Assembly: GCA_965228895.1 (NCBI GenBank)
Contig: OZ245842.1
Span: forward strand, 2,839,964-2,903,963
Direction: 5' to 3'
From: Alphaproteobacteria bacterium
GTDB lineage: Bacteria; Pseudomonadota; Alphaproteobacteria; SP197
Length of the DNA: 64,000 nt
A model generated the notes under the pieces. The model saw only the letters and a program-made list of their open reading frames with translations, made no database searches and was not told where the DNA came from. Below are positions 22,593 to 31,193 of this stretch, one piece after another (positions within the stretch are counted from its first letter, which is position 1; each line of letters starts with the position of its first letter). The position numbers were made by a program, and so were the translations under genes.

Positions 22593-23771
22593 TCACCCCT
22601 TCCCCGTCGCTTGTTTCCACGCGGCGACCGCCTTGTCGGCGGCATCGGCCAGCGTGTCGGCGGTGATGATATCCAGGCCGCTGTCGTCGAGAATCTTGCG
22701 GCCCTGCTCCACGTTGGTGCCGGCCAGACGCACGACCAGCGGCACGTCGATCTTGGTCGTCGTCACCGCCTGCACAACACCCTCGGCGACCCAGTCGCAC
22801 CGGTTGATGCCGGCGAAGATATTCACAAGGATCGCCTCGACGCCGTCGTCAGACAGCACAAGGTTGAACGCCTTGGTGACGCGCTCGGGCGAGGCGCCGC
22901 CGCCGATATCCAGGAAGTTCGCGGGCTCGCCCCCGGCATGCTTGATCATGTCCATGGTCGCCATGGCAAGACCGGCGCCGTTGATGATGCAGCCGATATT
23001 GCCGTCCAAGCCGACATAGCTGAGACCGCGGTCGGCGGCATCGCGCTCGCGGATATCCTCCTGCGACTTGTCGCGCAGCTCCGAGACGTTGGGACGGCGG
23101 AACAGCGCGTTGTCGTCGAAGGTCATCTTGGCGTCGAGTGCCAAGAGGTGTCCGTCGACAGTCACGACCAACGGATTGATCTCGACCATCGTCGCGTCGA
23201 GATCGGTGAAGGCGCGGTAGCAACCCTGCAGGATCTGCGTCATCTGCGCCACCTGCGCGGTGTCGAGCCCAAGCCCAAAGGCCATCTCGCGCGCCTGGAA
23301 CGCCTCCATACCGATGGCCGGATCGACGCTTGCGCGGATAATCGAGTCGGGTTTCTCTTCCGCGATTTCTTCGATCTCCATGCCGCCGGCGGCCGAGGCC
23401 ACGACCATGATGCGTTCGGATTTGCGGTCGAGCACGAGACCCAGATAGATCTCGCGGTCGAACGGCGTCGCTTCCTCGACATAGAGCCGGTGGATCAATT
23501 TGCCGCGCGGTCCCGTCTGGATCGTCTCCAGGCGTTTGCCGAGCAACGCGTCGGCGGCGTCCCAGACTTCGTGCTGGTCGCCGCACATCAAGACGCCACC
23601 GGCTTTGCCGCGCGCGCCGCTGTGGATCTGTGCCTTGACGACCCAGCGTTCGCCGCCCAGTTCCTGCGAACGATAGGCAGCCTGTTCAGGGCTGTAGGCA
23701 AGCCCGCCTCGCGGCACGGGCACACCGAAGTCGGCCAAGAGTTCCTTGGCCTGATACTCGTGAATGTCCAT
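22593..23771 (-). CDS. mtkA: Malate--CoA ligase (malate thiokinase) alpha/large subunit; SucC paralog
   Basis: [17 protein letters not shown] marks the ATP-grasp N-terminus. [17 protein letters not shown] replaces the SucC-type GGIVRCD motif, which from memory matches Methylobacterium MtkA. No mdh or sucAB gene is nearby. Confidence 0.6.
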   Translation of the reverse strand: MDIHEYQAKELLADFGVPVPRGGLAYSPEQAAYRSQELGGERWVVKAQIHSGARGKAGGVLMCGDQHEVWDAADALLGKRLETIQTGPRGKLIHRLYVEEATPFDREIYLGLVLDRKSERIMVVASAAGGMEIEEIAEEKPDSIIRASVDPAIGMEAFQAREMAFGLGLDTAQVAQMTQILQGCYRAFTDLDATMVEINPLVVTVDGHLLALDAKMTFDDNALFRRPNVSELRDKSQEDIRERDAADRGLSYVGLDGNIGCIINGAGLAMATMDMIKHAGGEPANFLDIGGGASPERVTKAFNLVLSDDGVEAILVNIFAGINRCDWVAEGVVQAVTTTKIDVPLVVRLAGTNVEQGRKILDDSGLDIITADTLADAADKAVAAWKQATGKG

Positions 23772-23823
23772 CTGTCCCCTCCCCGGACCCGCCATAAAGG
23801 CGGGCGATGTTTAACCGGGCTTT

Positions 23824-25014
23824 TTACTCGGCAGCTTGCGCTAGCACCTCGCTGCCTTCCCGGTACCACGATTGGGCGGCGGCGACACCCGATCCCAATT
23901 CTACGGCAATGCCCGCATCGCGCATCGCCATTTCAGCACCGGCGATAGCACTGATCAGCATCAACTCGGTGACACTGCCCAAGTGGCCGATGCGAAATAC
24001 CTTACCTGAAAGCTGCGCCAGGCCGGTGCCCAGCGACAGACCGTAACGGTGGTAGGCGCCGGTGATGACCGCGGTCGCATCCCCGCCTTCGGGGACACGG
24101 ATGGCGCTGACCGTGTCAGACCGCCACTGCGGTCCGGCCGAAACCAGCTCCATATCCCAGGCCTGGACGGCACGACGCACGCCTTCGGCCATGCGGTAGT
24201 GGCGGGCGAAGACGTTGTCGAGCCCTTCTTCCAGCAACAGGTCGAGCGAGGCGCGCAGACCGCGCATCAGGCCGACGGCGGGCGTATAGGGGAAGAAGCC
24301 GCTGCGATTGAGCGTCAGCATGGCGTCGAAATCGAAATAGCACCGCGGCAGTTGCGCCGACTTTGCGGCTTCCAGACCACGCTGGCTGACGGCGATCAGC
24401 GCCAGGCCTGGCGGCAGCATGAAACCTTTCTGCGAACCGCTGACCGCGCAATCGACACCCCACTCGTCCATGCGGAAATCGATACTGGCGATCGAGCTGA
24501 CGCCGTCGACGAACAGCAGGGCCGGATGACCGGCGTCGTCGAGTACGCGGCGCACGCCGGGAATGTCGCTGGTGACACCGGTCGCCGTCTCGTTGTGACA
24601 GGCGAGCACCGCCTTGATCTCGTGGCCTTTGTCGGCGCCAAGGATGTCGGCGAACTGATCGAGCGGCACGCCTTCGCCCCACGGCACGTCAGCGGTGACG
24701 ACCTCAAGCCCCAGGCGCTCACACATCTCCGCCCATAGCATGGAGAACTGGCCGAAGCGGCTGGTCAGCACCTTGTCGCCCGGCGACAGCATGTTGGTCA
24801 GCGCGGCTTCCCAGCCGCCGGTGCCGGATGCCGGAAAGATCAGGGCTTCGCCGGTCTCGGTCTTGAAGACGCGTTTCAGGTCTGCAAACAGCGGCAGCGT
24901 GAAATCGGGGAAGTCGGGCGCCCGCTGGTCCTCCATGGGAACATCCAGCGCGCGGCGCACCGCTTCGGGAAGGTTGGTCGGGCCCGGAATAAAAATCGGG
25001 TTCTGGGTCGGCAT
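23824..25014 (-). CDS. sga: Class-V aminotransferase, serine--glyoxylate aminotransferase-like
   Basis: IFIPGPTNLPEAV, NETATGVTSDI, LLFVDGVSSIASIDFRMDEWGVDCAVSGSQKGFMLPPGL (PLP lysine in SGSQK) and KVFRIGHLG are all present. It strongly resembles the Sga/AGXT family as I remember it. Confidence 0.75.
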   Translation of the reverse strand: MPTQNPIFIPGPTNLPEAVRRALDVPMEDQRAPDFPDFTLPLFADLKRVFKTETGEALIFPASGTGGWEAALTNMLSPGDKVLTSRFGQFSMLWAEMCERLGLEVVTADVPWGEGVPLDQFADILGADKGHEIKAVLACHNETATGVTSDIPGVRRVLDDAGHPALLFVDGVSSIASIDFRMDEWGVDCAVSGSQKGFMLPPGLALIAVSQRGLEAAKSAQLPRCYFDFDAMLTLNRSGFFPYTPAVGLMRGLRASLDLLLEEGLDNVFARHYRMAEGVRRAVQAWDMELVSAGPQWRSDTVSAIRVPEGGDATAVITGAYHRYGLSLGTGLAQLSGKVFRIGHLGSVTELMLISAIAGAEMAMRDAGIAVELGSGVAAAQSWYREGSEVLAQAAE

Positions 25015-25288
25015 GGCCAGCACTCCCATCGCGAGTCGTCAAGGGAATCGCCCTATAACGACTCGCGTGACTTCCTACTAGGCAAACCAATTTACAAGTA
25101 GGAAACAGGCAGATTCGGGCGCGTTTTGGATTGAAACAGACCAATTTCGTGGTGATCTGGGCCGAAAACCGCACTTCTCGGATCGCGCCAGACACCAACT
25201 AGACCAAACATGCGAATCGGATTCGTTTGCCGACCAATTTAGACCGAGCCCTAAGGTGGCCATTGGCTGGCAGGCCGGTTGGCGGGTT

Positions 25289-25428
25289 CTAGAGCAGATC
25301 CCGTTTTGATGGAATCGCTTCGCGATGCCGTCAAGACGGGTGAATCCGCTCTATTCATCGATAGAGAGCGGATTCACGCCGTTAGGGGGAACCGTCAAAC
25401 GGTTCCCCCTAACGACGATCCGCTCTAG
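25289..25428. repeat. 140-bp TA-flanked mosaic palindromic element (MITE/RIME-like), copy 1
   Basis: The terminal inverted repeats are ctagagcagatc / gatccgctctag. Three internal hairpins lie between them. A near-identical copy is at 38598-38737 in the same orientation. Confidence 0.8.
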
Positions 25429-25646
25429 CCCTTGGAATCGCTGGAGAACATGCGTTCGATCCGAACGGCAACGGCATCCAAGACGGAGAGCACCAGGAAG
25501 AAGACAAGAATGATGGGCAGGTATTTGAAATCGCTGACAAAGGTGCCCTTGATCTCGTCCTCCATCAACGGCCAGGCCTCGTACCCGCCATAGGCGAGAC
25601 CCGCGGTAACAATCGCGGCGAGGACGACGCGCAGCATCCAGGTCAT
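25425..25646 (-). CDS. Small membrane protein (73 aa), last gene of the Rieske/FRD operon
   Basis: From the ATG at 25646 the product is MTWMLRVVLAAIVTAGLAYGG...YLPIILVFFLVLSVLDAV, which gives two predicted TM helices. A 2-nt gap separates it from the upstream gene stop. Its stop codon lies inside the terminal repeat of the mosaic element. Confidence 0.5.
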   Translation of the reverse strand: MTWMLRVVLAAIVTAGLAYGGYEAWPLMEDEIKGTFVSDFKYLPIILVFFLVLSVLDAVAVRIERMFSSDSKG

Positions 25647-25648
25647 CG

Positions 25649-26434
25649 TCAAAAGACCTCGGCCGACGACAGGTCGACCTTGAAGACGAGAATATCGTCG
25701 CGGCGCTCGACCTCGCCTTCCAAGCTCACGCGAAGCGCAACGAGGTCGTAGTAGGCGTCCGGCAACGGTCCGCCGTCGGCATTGGCGAGCCACATGAAGT
25801 TCATGCCCTCGATCTCGCCGGTCGTGACGAACACGGGCGGCACGCCTCCCAAGAGACAGAGATCCGCGCAGGCCAGATGCGCCAGACCGTTGCCTGGGCG
25901 CATCGCGCCGGCGTAGCACTTGCCGTCGCAGATCTCGCCTTCCAGGCGCCAGTAGCCGAGCGATTCAGCGGCGGCCGGCGTGAAGTTCTGCTGGTCGGCG
26001 GTGAGCGTCGCCGCCGTCGGCGTCAGCTTCATGTTGTTGACGCCGCCGCGCACCACCAGCATGTCGAGTTCGCCGCGCCTGAGGAAGAAACCTTCGATAT
26101 CGACGATCTGGCCATCGAGCGGTTCGGCCGCGTTCATGACGCCCCACTTGCCCTGTCCGGTCAGCGGAATGGCGCGGGCTTCCTGATCACCGTCCGGCAT
26201 GACACGCAGGATCGGATAGGGCTGCAGTTCCACAATGCCGGTCAATGTCTTCAAGTTCGCCGCGCCGCCGATGAAACGGCCGTTGCCCGGGTCTGCGGTA
26301 CCGGCGCCAAGCGCAAATGCGACCACGGCGGCGATAACCAGAAGCGAGCCGGCGACAGCCGCCAGAAAAGCCATCAGGCGCGGCGGCACCTTGCGGGAAT
26401 ATCCGATGAAAAAGTCGTCATGCGAACTGGCCAT
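25649..26434 (-). CDS. Membrane-anchored protein of unknown function with two CxxxC motifs
   Basis: An N-terminal TM helix (LMAFLAAVAGSLLVIAAVVAFALGAG) is followed by a ~220-aa domain containing CDGKC and CADLC. The GGAGAGG Shine-Dalgarno sequence lies inside the end of the upstream gene, with a 2-nt gap. Confidence 0.55.
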   Translation of the reverse strand: MASSHDDFFIGYSRKVPPRLMAFLAAVAGSLLVIAAVVAFALGAGTADPGNGRFIGGAANLKTLTGIVELQPYPILRVMPDGDQEARAIPLTGQGKWGVMNAAEPLDGQIVDIEGFFLRRGELDMLVVRGGVNNMKLTPTAATLTADQQNFTPAAAESLGYWRLEGEICDGKCYAGAMRPGNGLAHLACADLCLLGGVPPVFVTTGEIEGMNFMWLANADGGPLPDAYYDLVALRVSLEGEVERRDDILVFKVDLSSAEVF

Positions 26435-26436
26435 GG

Positions 26437-27495
26437 TTAGGCCTCTCCAATCGTCACCGGCTCGATAAAGGTGCCGGGCGCCAATGGGTTGGGATCAAGC
26501 AGGATGCGCGACCCGTCCAGTTTCAAACGATAGGTCGGGATCTTCTCGGTGAACGGTGCGGGCGCGCAGCCATCGGCCGGGTTGTATTGGAAACCGTGCC
26601 AGGGACACGTGACGCAGCCGCCGATGATGCGGCCCTCGCCCAGCGGCCCGTTCTGATGCGCGCAAACATTGCCGACCGCCGAGAGTTTGCCGTCATAGCG
26701 GAACACGGCGACACGCTCGCCGTCTGTCAACGGCACGACGATCGCCTGGTTGTTGGGGATGTCGTCGACCTGGCCGGCTACCAGCCATGAACCGTCGCCC
26801 GCGCTTGTCGCAGCCCGGCGGTCGCGCCGTCTCTCCGCCAACGCGGCAGCCAGATGAAGTCCGACGACAGCGGTCACGCCGACGGCGACGATCAGCGGCA
26901 GCACCGGCCCGGTCTCCGCCTGCAACGCGCCGAACGCGATGTGCAGCACGATCGCGAGATAGGCCGCATAGACCAGCATGTGGATCGCCTTCCACACCGG
27001 CGGCGTCAGGAAACTCAGCCAGAAGTCATGACTGGTCACCGCCATGATGACGAGGATCAACAGAGCGAAGATGCCGAACGCCTCGAACGGGAATCCGAGA
27101 AGCTGATCATAGTTGGTGTTGGTGCCCAGCACCGCGACGTACTTGTCGAAGAACGGGCTGAACGAAAAGTAAATGCCGATGACGAAGCTGGCATGGATCA
27201 GCGCGACGATGCAGGTGATGACGCCGAAGTGGCGTCGATTGTAGACGAGCGGCAGGAAACGCCGATCGAGGCGCGCCAATGGACCGAGACACAAGATCAG
27301 ACTGAGCATCAGGAAGGCGCACGACCCGAACGCGCGCGCCTTGTAGATATTCCCGCTGACCGGCCGCGTCGTCGATTGATAGGCCGGCGCGATTTCCAGG
27401 AACATCCAGATGTAAACGAAGACACCAACCAACAAGACGGCGTCATAGATGATCTTGTTGCTGTTCCAGAGAACCGGCTGATAGCGCGCGCTCAT
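26437..27495 (-). CDS. Ferric-reductase-like transmembrane domain fused to a C-terminal Rieske [2Fe-2S] domain
   Basis: The protein has six predicted TM helices with paired histidines (HFGVITCIVALIH; HMLVYAAYLAIVLH), typical of dihaem FRD/YedZ-type domains. The C-terminal Rieske motif is CAHQNGPL...CPWHGFQY. The start is the ATG at 27495 (MSARYQPVLW). Confidence 0.75.
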   Translation of the reverse strand: MSARYQPVLWNSNKIIYDAVLLVGVFVYIWMFLEIAPAYQSTTRPVSGNIYKARAFGSCAFLMLSLILCLGPLARLDRRFLPLVYNRRHFGVITCIVALIHASFVIGIYFSFSPFFDKYVAVLGTNTNYDQLLGFPFEAFGIFALLILVIMAVTSHDFWLSFLTPPVWKAIHMLVYAAYLAIVLHIAFGALQAETGPVLPLIVAVGVTAVVGLHLAAALAERRRDRRAATSAGDGSWLVAGQVDDIPNNQAIVVPLTDGERVAVFRYDGKLSAVGNVCAHQNGPLGEGRIIGGCVTCPWHGFQYNPADGCAPAPFTEKIPTYRLKLDGSRILLDPNPLAPGTFIEPVTIGEA

Positions 27496-27653
27496 GGTGT
27501 GGATGCCTCCGCAGACGGCGCTTCGATTCGTTCGGCGCGGGTCTCCAGCGGCCCTTGCTGGCGGACCACCATGGCAACAAAAATGACAAGCGGCAGCAGA
27601 ACCGCAAGCGTCATCCAGATACGGGCATGGGTTCTTCGATGACCACGCTTCAT
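27492..27653 (-). CDS. Small membrane protein (53 aa), not in the supplied ORF track
   Basis: My translation is MKRGHRRTHARIWMTLAVLLPLVIFVAMVVRQQGPLETRAERIEAPSAEASTP. It has ATGA overlaps with both the upstream (27650) and downstream (27495) genes. It falls below the track's 60-aa cut-off. Confidence 0.45.
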   Translation of the reverse strand: MKRGHRRTHARIWMTLAVLLPLVIFVAMVVRQQGPLETRAERIEAPSAEASTP

Positions 27654-27865
27654 GACGGCCTCGCGCGTTCAAGCGCCATCCAGCGCAACAAAACGAGCGG
27701 CCACAAGACGATGCAGCCGGGTATCAACAGCGCGCGAAACACATACGAGCCGCGCGCACCCGGTTCGACACGATCAACGCCAATAATCAGAAATAGGGCC
27801 GCAACCCCAAGACCGACCCAGAAATAGATCTGGACGATCTGGATGATAAGGCTCGCCGTTTCCAC
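27650..27865 (-). CDS. Small membrane protein (71 aa), first gene of the Rieske/FRD operon
   Basis: It has a GTG start preceded by AAGGGGG. Two TM helices are predicted (IYFWVGLGVAALFLIIG; ALLIPGCIVLWPLVLL). Confidence 0.5.
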   Translation of the reverse strand: METASLIIQIVQIYFWVGLGVAALFLIIGVDRVEPGARGSYVFRALLIPGCIVLWPLVLLRWMALERARPS

Positions 27866-27961
27866 GACTACCCCCTTCGCTGCGATCCCAGGCCCTTATA
27901 TCGCGAGAGCGCGCGAGAACCAACCGGCTGGGCGATCAACCTTTGTTACGCGTGGCGTTCG

Positions 27962-28807
27962 CTAGAGGCCGTAGCGGTTCCAGGTCAGGCGGTGTTCGGT
28001 CTCGTCGGCGAGCGCTTCGGCGAAACCTTCGCCCACTTTGCTCGATCCCAGCCCCAGACGGGCGAGCAGCGGTTTGGAAACGTGCACCGCCTTGAACTTC
28101 ACTTTGTCGCCGAACTTCTCACGCATGATGGTGCGCACATCGCCCATGCCGTCGACGAGACCAAGATCCAGGCTGCGTTGGCCGCTCCAGAATGCGCCGC
28201 TGAAGCGTTCCTCCTCGTCGCCCTTCAAGCGGCCGCCACGCCGGTTGCGCACGTGCTGCTTAAAGACCTCGTGCAATTCATCCTGCAGTTCTTTCAGGCG
28301 CACGACGTCGTCGGGGTCTTCCGGGCGAAACGGATCGAGCATGCTCTTGCGCGTGCCCGCCGTGTGCATTCGGCGCTCGACACCGAGCTTGGCCATGGCA
28401 TCGACAAAACCGAAACCGGCCGAGATGACGCCGATCGAGCCGATGATCGAACTGGGTTGCGCGTAGATCTCATCACCCGCGCAGGCGAGCCAATAGCCGC
28501 CGGACGCCGCGACGTCCTCGCAGAAGACATAGACCGGCAGTTTCTTTTCGTCCGCCAACGCGCGGATACGGTCGTGCACCAGCGCCGATTGCGTCGGCGA
28601 GCCGCCTGGCGAATTGATCACCACCGCGACAGCCTTGGCCCGCGACACGCCGAACGCCTGCTCGATCGCGCTGGCATGGCTTTCGATGGAAATGCCCTTG
28701 CCCATACGCCCGCGCGGCGCGATGACGCCGTCCAATCGCAGCACGGCGATCTGAGGACGCCGGCGCAGGAACTTGGGCAGCGGGATAAGGGAAAAGAGTT
28801 TTTTCAT
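27962..28807 (-). CDS. sppA: Signal peptide peptidase SppA, 36K type (S49 peptidase)
   Basis: INSPGGSPTQS and DVAASGGYWLACAGD (serine nucleophile) are typical S49 motifs. The product is 281 aa. Confidence 0.85.
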   Translation of the reverse strand: MKKLFSLIPLPKFLRRRPQIAVLRLDGVIAPRGRMGKGISIESHASAIEQAFGVSRAKAVAVVINSPGGSPTQSALVHDRIRALADEKKLPVYVFCEDVAASGGYWLACAGDEIYAQPSSIIGSIGVISAGFGFVDAMAKLGVERRMHTAGTRKSMLDPFRPEDPDDVVRLKELQDELHEVFKQHVRNRRGGRLKGDEEERFSGAFWSGQRSLDLGLVDGMGDVRTIMREKFGDKVKFKAVHVSKPLLARLGLGSSKVGEGFAEALADETEHRLTWNRYGL

Positions 28808-28879
28808 GCGAAAACCAGTCTGTGAATTTCGATCCTAAGACATGGGCTCGCCCGCTCCTGACTCAAGGTCATCAGCACC

Positions 28880-29623
28880 TCAAGACCACAACAAAGGTTT
28901 GCCGTCGCGCAGAATGGCCTCGGCCGCCTCAGAAAAACCACCACCTGGGCCATGCATCACGAGACCCGGCAGCAGGCGAAGCGGCGCCTTGACGCCCTTG
29001 CGCGCGCGCACCAGGACCCGGCGCGCCGGTTTGTCGCGGTCATCGTTCGACCACAGCGGATAGATCGCGATGTCCCCGGCCGGCCCCGACAGCACGTCCA
29101 GCAGATCATCCAGTCGATCGGCGCGATGCACGACGGTGAGCGACCCACGCGGCCGCAGCTTTTCGAGCGCGAAGCCGAGCCAGGTCGCGAGATCGACGCT
29201 TTCGACGGTCGCCCTATCACGCGCCGTATCGTCGCTGCGCCGTGTGCGCCCGACCGGCAGATAGGGCGGGTTGGTCATGACGTGATCGAACGGCCCGTCG
29301 AGCGCCGTCGATGTCGTCTCCGGCAGCGTATCCGTCACGATATCGACACGCACCTCGACCTCGTTCAGCGCGGCGTTGGTGGCGGCCAGCGCGGCCAGGG
29401 ACTTATCGTGCTCCAGACCGGTTACCCGGCAGCCGCCGACGCGCGCGGTCAAACAGAACGTCGCCGCACCTGTACCGCAGCCCATGTCGAGCACGTGATC
29501 GACCGGCCCGGCGCGAACGGCGGCGGCCAGCAGCACAGCATCGGTGGTCGCACGCAGGCCCGAAGCGGGCTGGCGCAGCACCACCCGGCCATCCAGGAGG
29601 CTATCGCGCGTCGGCTCAGCCAC
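28880..29623 (-). CDS. SAM-dependent N6-adenine methyltransferase (TrmN6/YfiC-like)
   Basis: VLDMGCGTGAAT is SAM motif I and MTNPPY is the catalytic motif. I chose the GTG at 29623, which overlaps the stop of the upstream small gene. The longest ORF extends to 29764. Confidence 0.7.
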   Translation of the reverse strand: MAEPTRDSLLDGRVVLRQPASGLRATTDAVLLAAAVRAGPVDHVLDMGCGTGAATFCLTARVGGCRVTGLEHDKSLAALAATNAALNEVEVRVDIVTDTLPETTSTALDGPFDHVMTNPPYLPVGRTRRSDDTARDRATVESVDLATWLGFALEKLRPRGSLTVVHRADRLDDLLDVLSGPAGDIAIYPLWSNDDRDKPARRVLVRARKGVKAPLRLLPGLVMHGPGGGFSEAAEAILRDGKPLLWS

Positions 29624-29843
29624 CGGGCTTGTCGGGAACGTCGAGGCCGGCGTCGCGCAGGATCGCGCGCGCCTCGTCGAGATCCTCGTCAAGCACGACC
29701 ACACGCCGCTGAATGGCCAATACGCTGCCTTCCAGGCTGCTGGTATGGCCATCAAACACATCAAATGCGATAGCCGCCTCCTTCAAGAGCGCGCTGGCAA
29801 AGGAGATCTGAACGGGGTCGTTGGTGCGTAACAGTTCTTTCAA
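29616..29843 (-). CDS. DUF2007-like small protein
   Basis: From the TTG at 29843 the product is (M)KELLRTNDPVQISFASALLKEAAIAFDVFDGHTSSLEG...VLDEDLDEARAILRDAGL. The pattern matches my memory of the DUF2007 family, which is commonly paired with this methyltransferase and lies divergent from ispB. Confidence 0.5.
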   Translation of the reverse strand: MKELLRTNDPVQISFASALLKEAAIAFDVFDGHTSSLEGSVLAIQRRVVVLDEDLDEARAILRDAGLDVPDKPGG

Positions 29844-30001
29844 GGGTGTTGTTCTCTCAAACCAGTAAAACGGTTCTGCTTTTGCCGGACTTCGTGGGAG
29901 TGCTAAAGTGGTAGACGAGACAGCGGCCTCGCGATGCTGTCGATTGGGGGCCGTCGGGTCAAGCCGGCGGTCCAACGCGTGATTCAACGGGAGACCACGG
30001 T

Positions 30002-31024
30002 TTGAGCCTTGCCCTCAACGTCGCCGGGCAGAATGCCAGCGCCGCTCGCCAGTCCTATGAGCTGCTGCGTGATCTTGTCGCCGACGACTTGAACCAGGTC
30101 AATCAGGTGATTGTCGAGCACATGCAAAGCTCGGTCACCTTGATCCCGCAGCTTGCCGGTCACCTCGTCGCGTCGGGCGGCAAGCGGCTGCGCCCGATCC
30201 TGACGCTGACCACAGCGCGCATGTGCGGTTATGCCGGGCGCCGTCATGTCGACTTGGCGGCCTGTGTCGAATTCATCCATACGGCGACCTTGTTGCACGA
30301 CGATGTCGTTGATGACAGCGACTTGCGGCGCGGCAGCGCGACGGCCAACGCGGTCTGGGGCAACAAGCCAAGCGTGCTGGTCGGCGATTTTCTGTTCAGC
30401 CGCGCCTTCCAATTGATGGTCGCCGACGGCTCGCTGCAGGTTTTGAAGATCCTCTCCGATGCGTCCGCCGTGATCGCCGAGGGCGAGGTCGATCAGTTGA
30501 TGATCTCCAACGACATCGCGACCGATGAAGCCGCCTATATGCAGGTGATCGGCGCCAAGACCGCCGCCCTGTTTGCCGCGGCGAGCGAGATCGGCGCCGT
30601 CGTCGCCGACGAGACCGATGCCAACCAGGCGGCACTCAGGACCTACGGCATGTCACTCGGCATCGCCTTCCAGCTTGTCGACGACGTGCTCGACTATTCC
30701 GCGCGCGAGGCCGACCTCGGCAAATCGGTCGGCGACGATTTCCGCGACGGCAAGATCACGCTGCCGGTGGTCTACGCCATCGCGCGCGGCAACGACGCCG
30801 AACGCTCGTTCTGGAAACGCACCCTGGAAGACGAGGATCAGCAGGACGGCGACCTCGACCAGGCGATGATGCTGATGCAGCGCCACAACGCGCTGGCCGA
30901 CGCCATGGCGCGCGCCAGGGAACACGGCGCCCGCGCTAGCGAGGCGCTCGCCGGCTTCCCCCCGAACCCCTACCGCGACGCGCTGCTGGAGCTGGTCGCC
31001 TTCTGCGTCGACCGCGAGTTCTAG
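30002..31024 (+). CDS. ispB: Polyprenyl (octaprenyl) diphosphate synthase
   Basis: The two aspartate-rich motifs are LLHDDVVDDSDLRRG and FQLVDDVLDY. The start is a TTG per the ORF track, so it is uncertain. Confidence 0.9.
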   Translation: MSLALNVAGQNASAARQSYELLRDLVADDLNQVNQVIVEHMQSSVTLIPQLAGHLVASGGKRLRPILTLTTARMCGYAGRRHVDLAACVEFIHTATLLHDDVVDDSDLRRGSATANAVWGNKPSVLVGDFLFSRAFQLMVADGSLQVLKILSDASAVIAEGEVDQLMISNDIATDEAAYMQVIGAKTAALFAAASEIGAVVADETDANQAALRTYGMSLGIAFQLVDDVLDYSAREADLGKSVGDDFRDGKITLPVVYAIARGNDAERSFWKRTLEDEDQQDGDLDQAMMLMQRHNALADAMARAREHGARASEALAGFPPNPYRDALLELVAFCVDREF

Positions 31025-31116
31025 ACCGCTTTAGCCCGACCAACACGCCGCCTAAACCGACCCCGTCACACCTGTTGCGGGCCAAGGACCTTGGCGCTAT
31101 AAGCCCGGCTCTGGTT

Positions 31117-31193
31117 CGGAGTGTAGCTCAGCCTGGTAGAGCACCGTCTTCGGGAGGCGGGGGCCGGAGGTTCGAATCCTCCCACTCCGACCA
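31117..31193 (+). tRNA. tRNA-Pro (anticodon CGG)
   Basis: I parsed the cloverleaf by hand. The acceptor stem is CGGAGTG/CACTCCG. The D arm is GCTC-AGCCTGGTA-GAGC. The anticodon stem is CCGTC/GGCGG with loop TTCGGGA. The T arm is GGAGG-TTCGAAT-CCTCC. The 3' ACCA is encoded. Confidence 0.9.

Noticed and set aside
21695-23771. Calling these two genes succinyl-CoA synthetase sucC/sucD.
   Set aside because: The motif differences ([12 protein letters not shown]; the KRYMRRY insert region) point to malate thiokinase. So do the linkage to a serine--glyoxylate aminotransferase-like gene and the absence of mdh and sucAB. The sucCD call remains as an alternative in the finding, pending phylogeny.
22503-23948. 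481-aa plus-strand ORF antisense to mtkA.
   Set aside because: It is an antisense shadow of a strongly supported gene.
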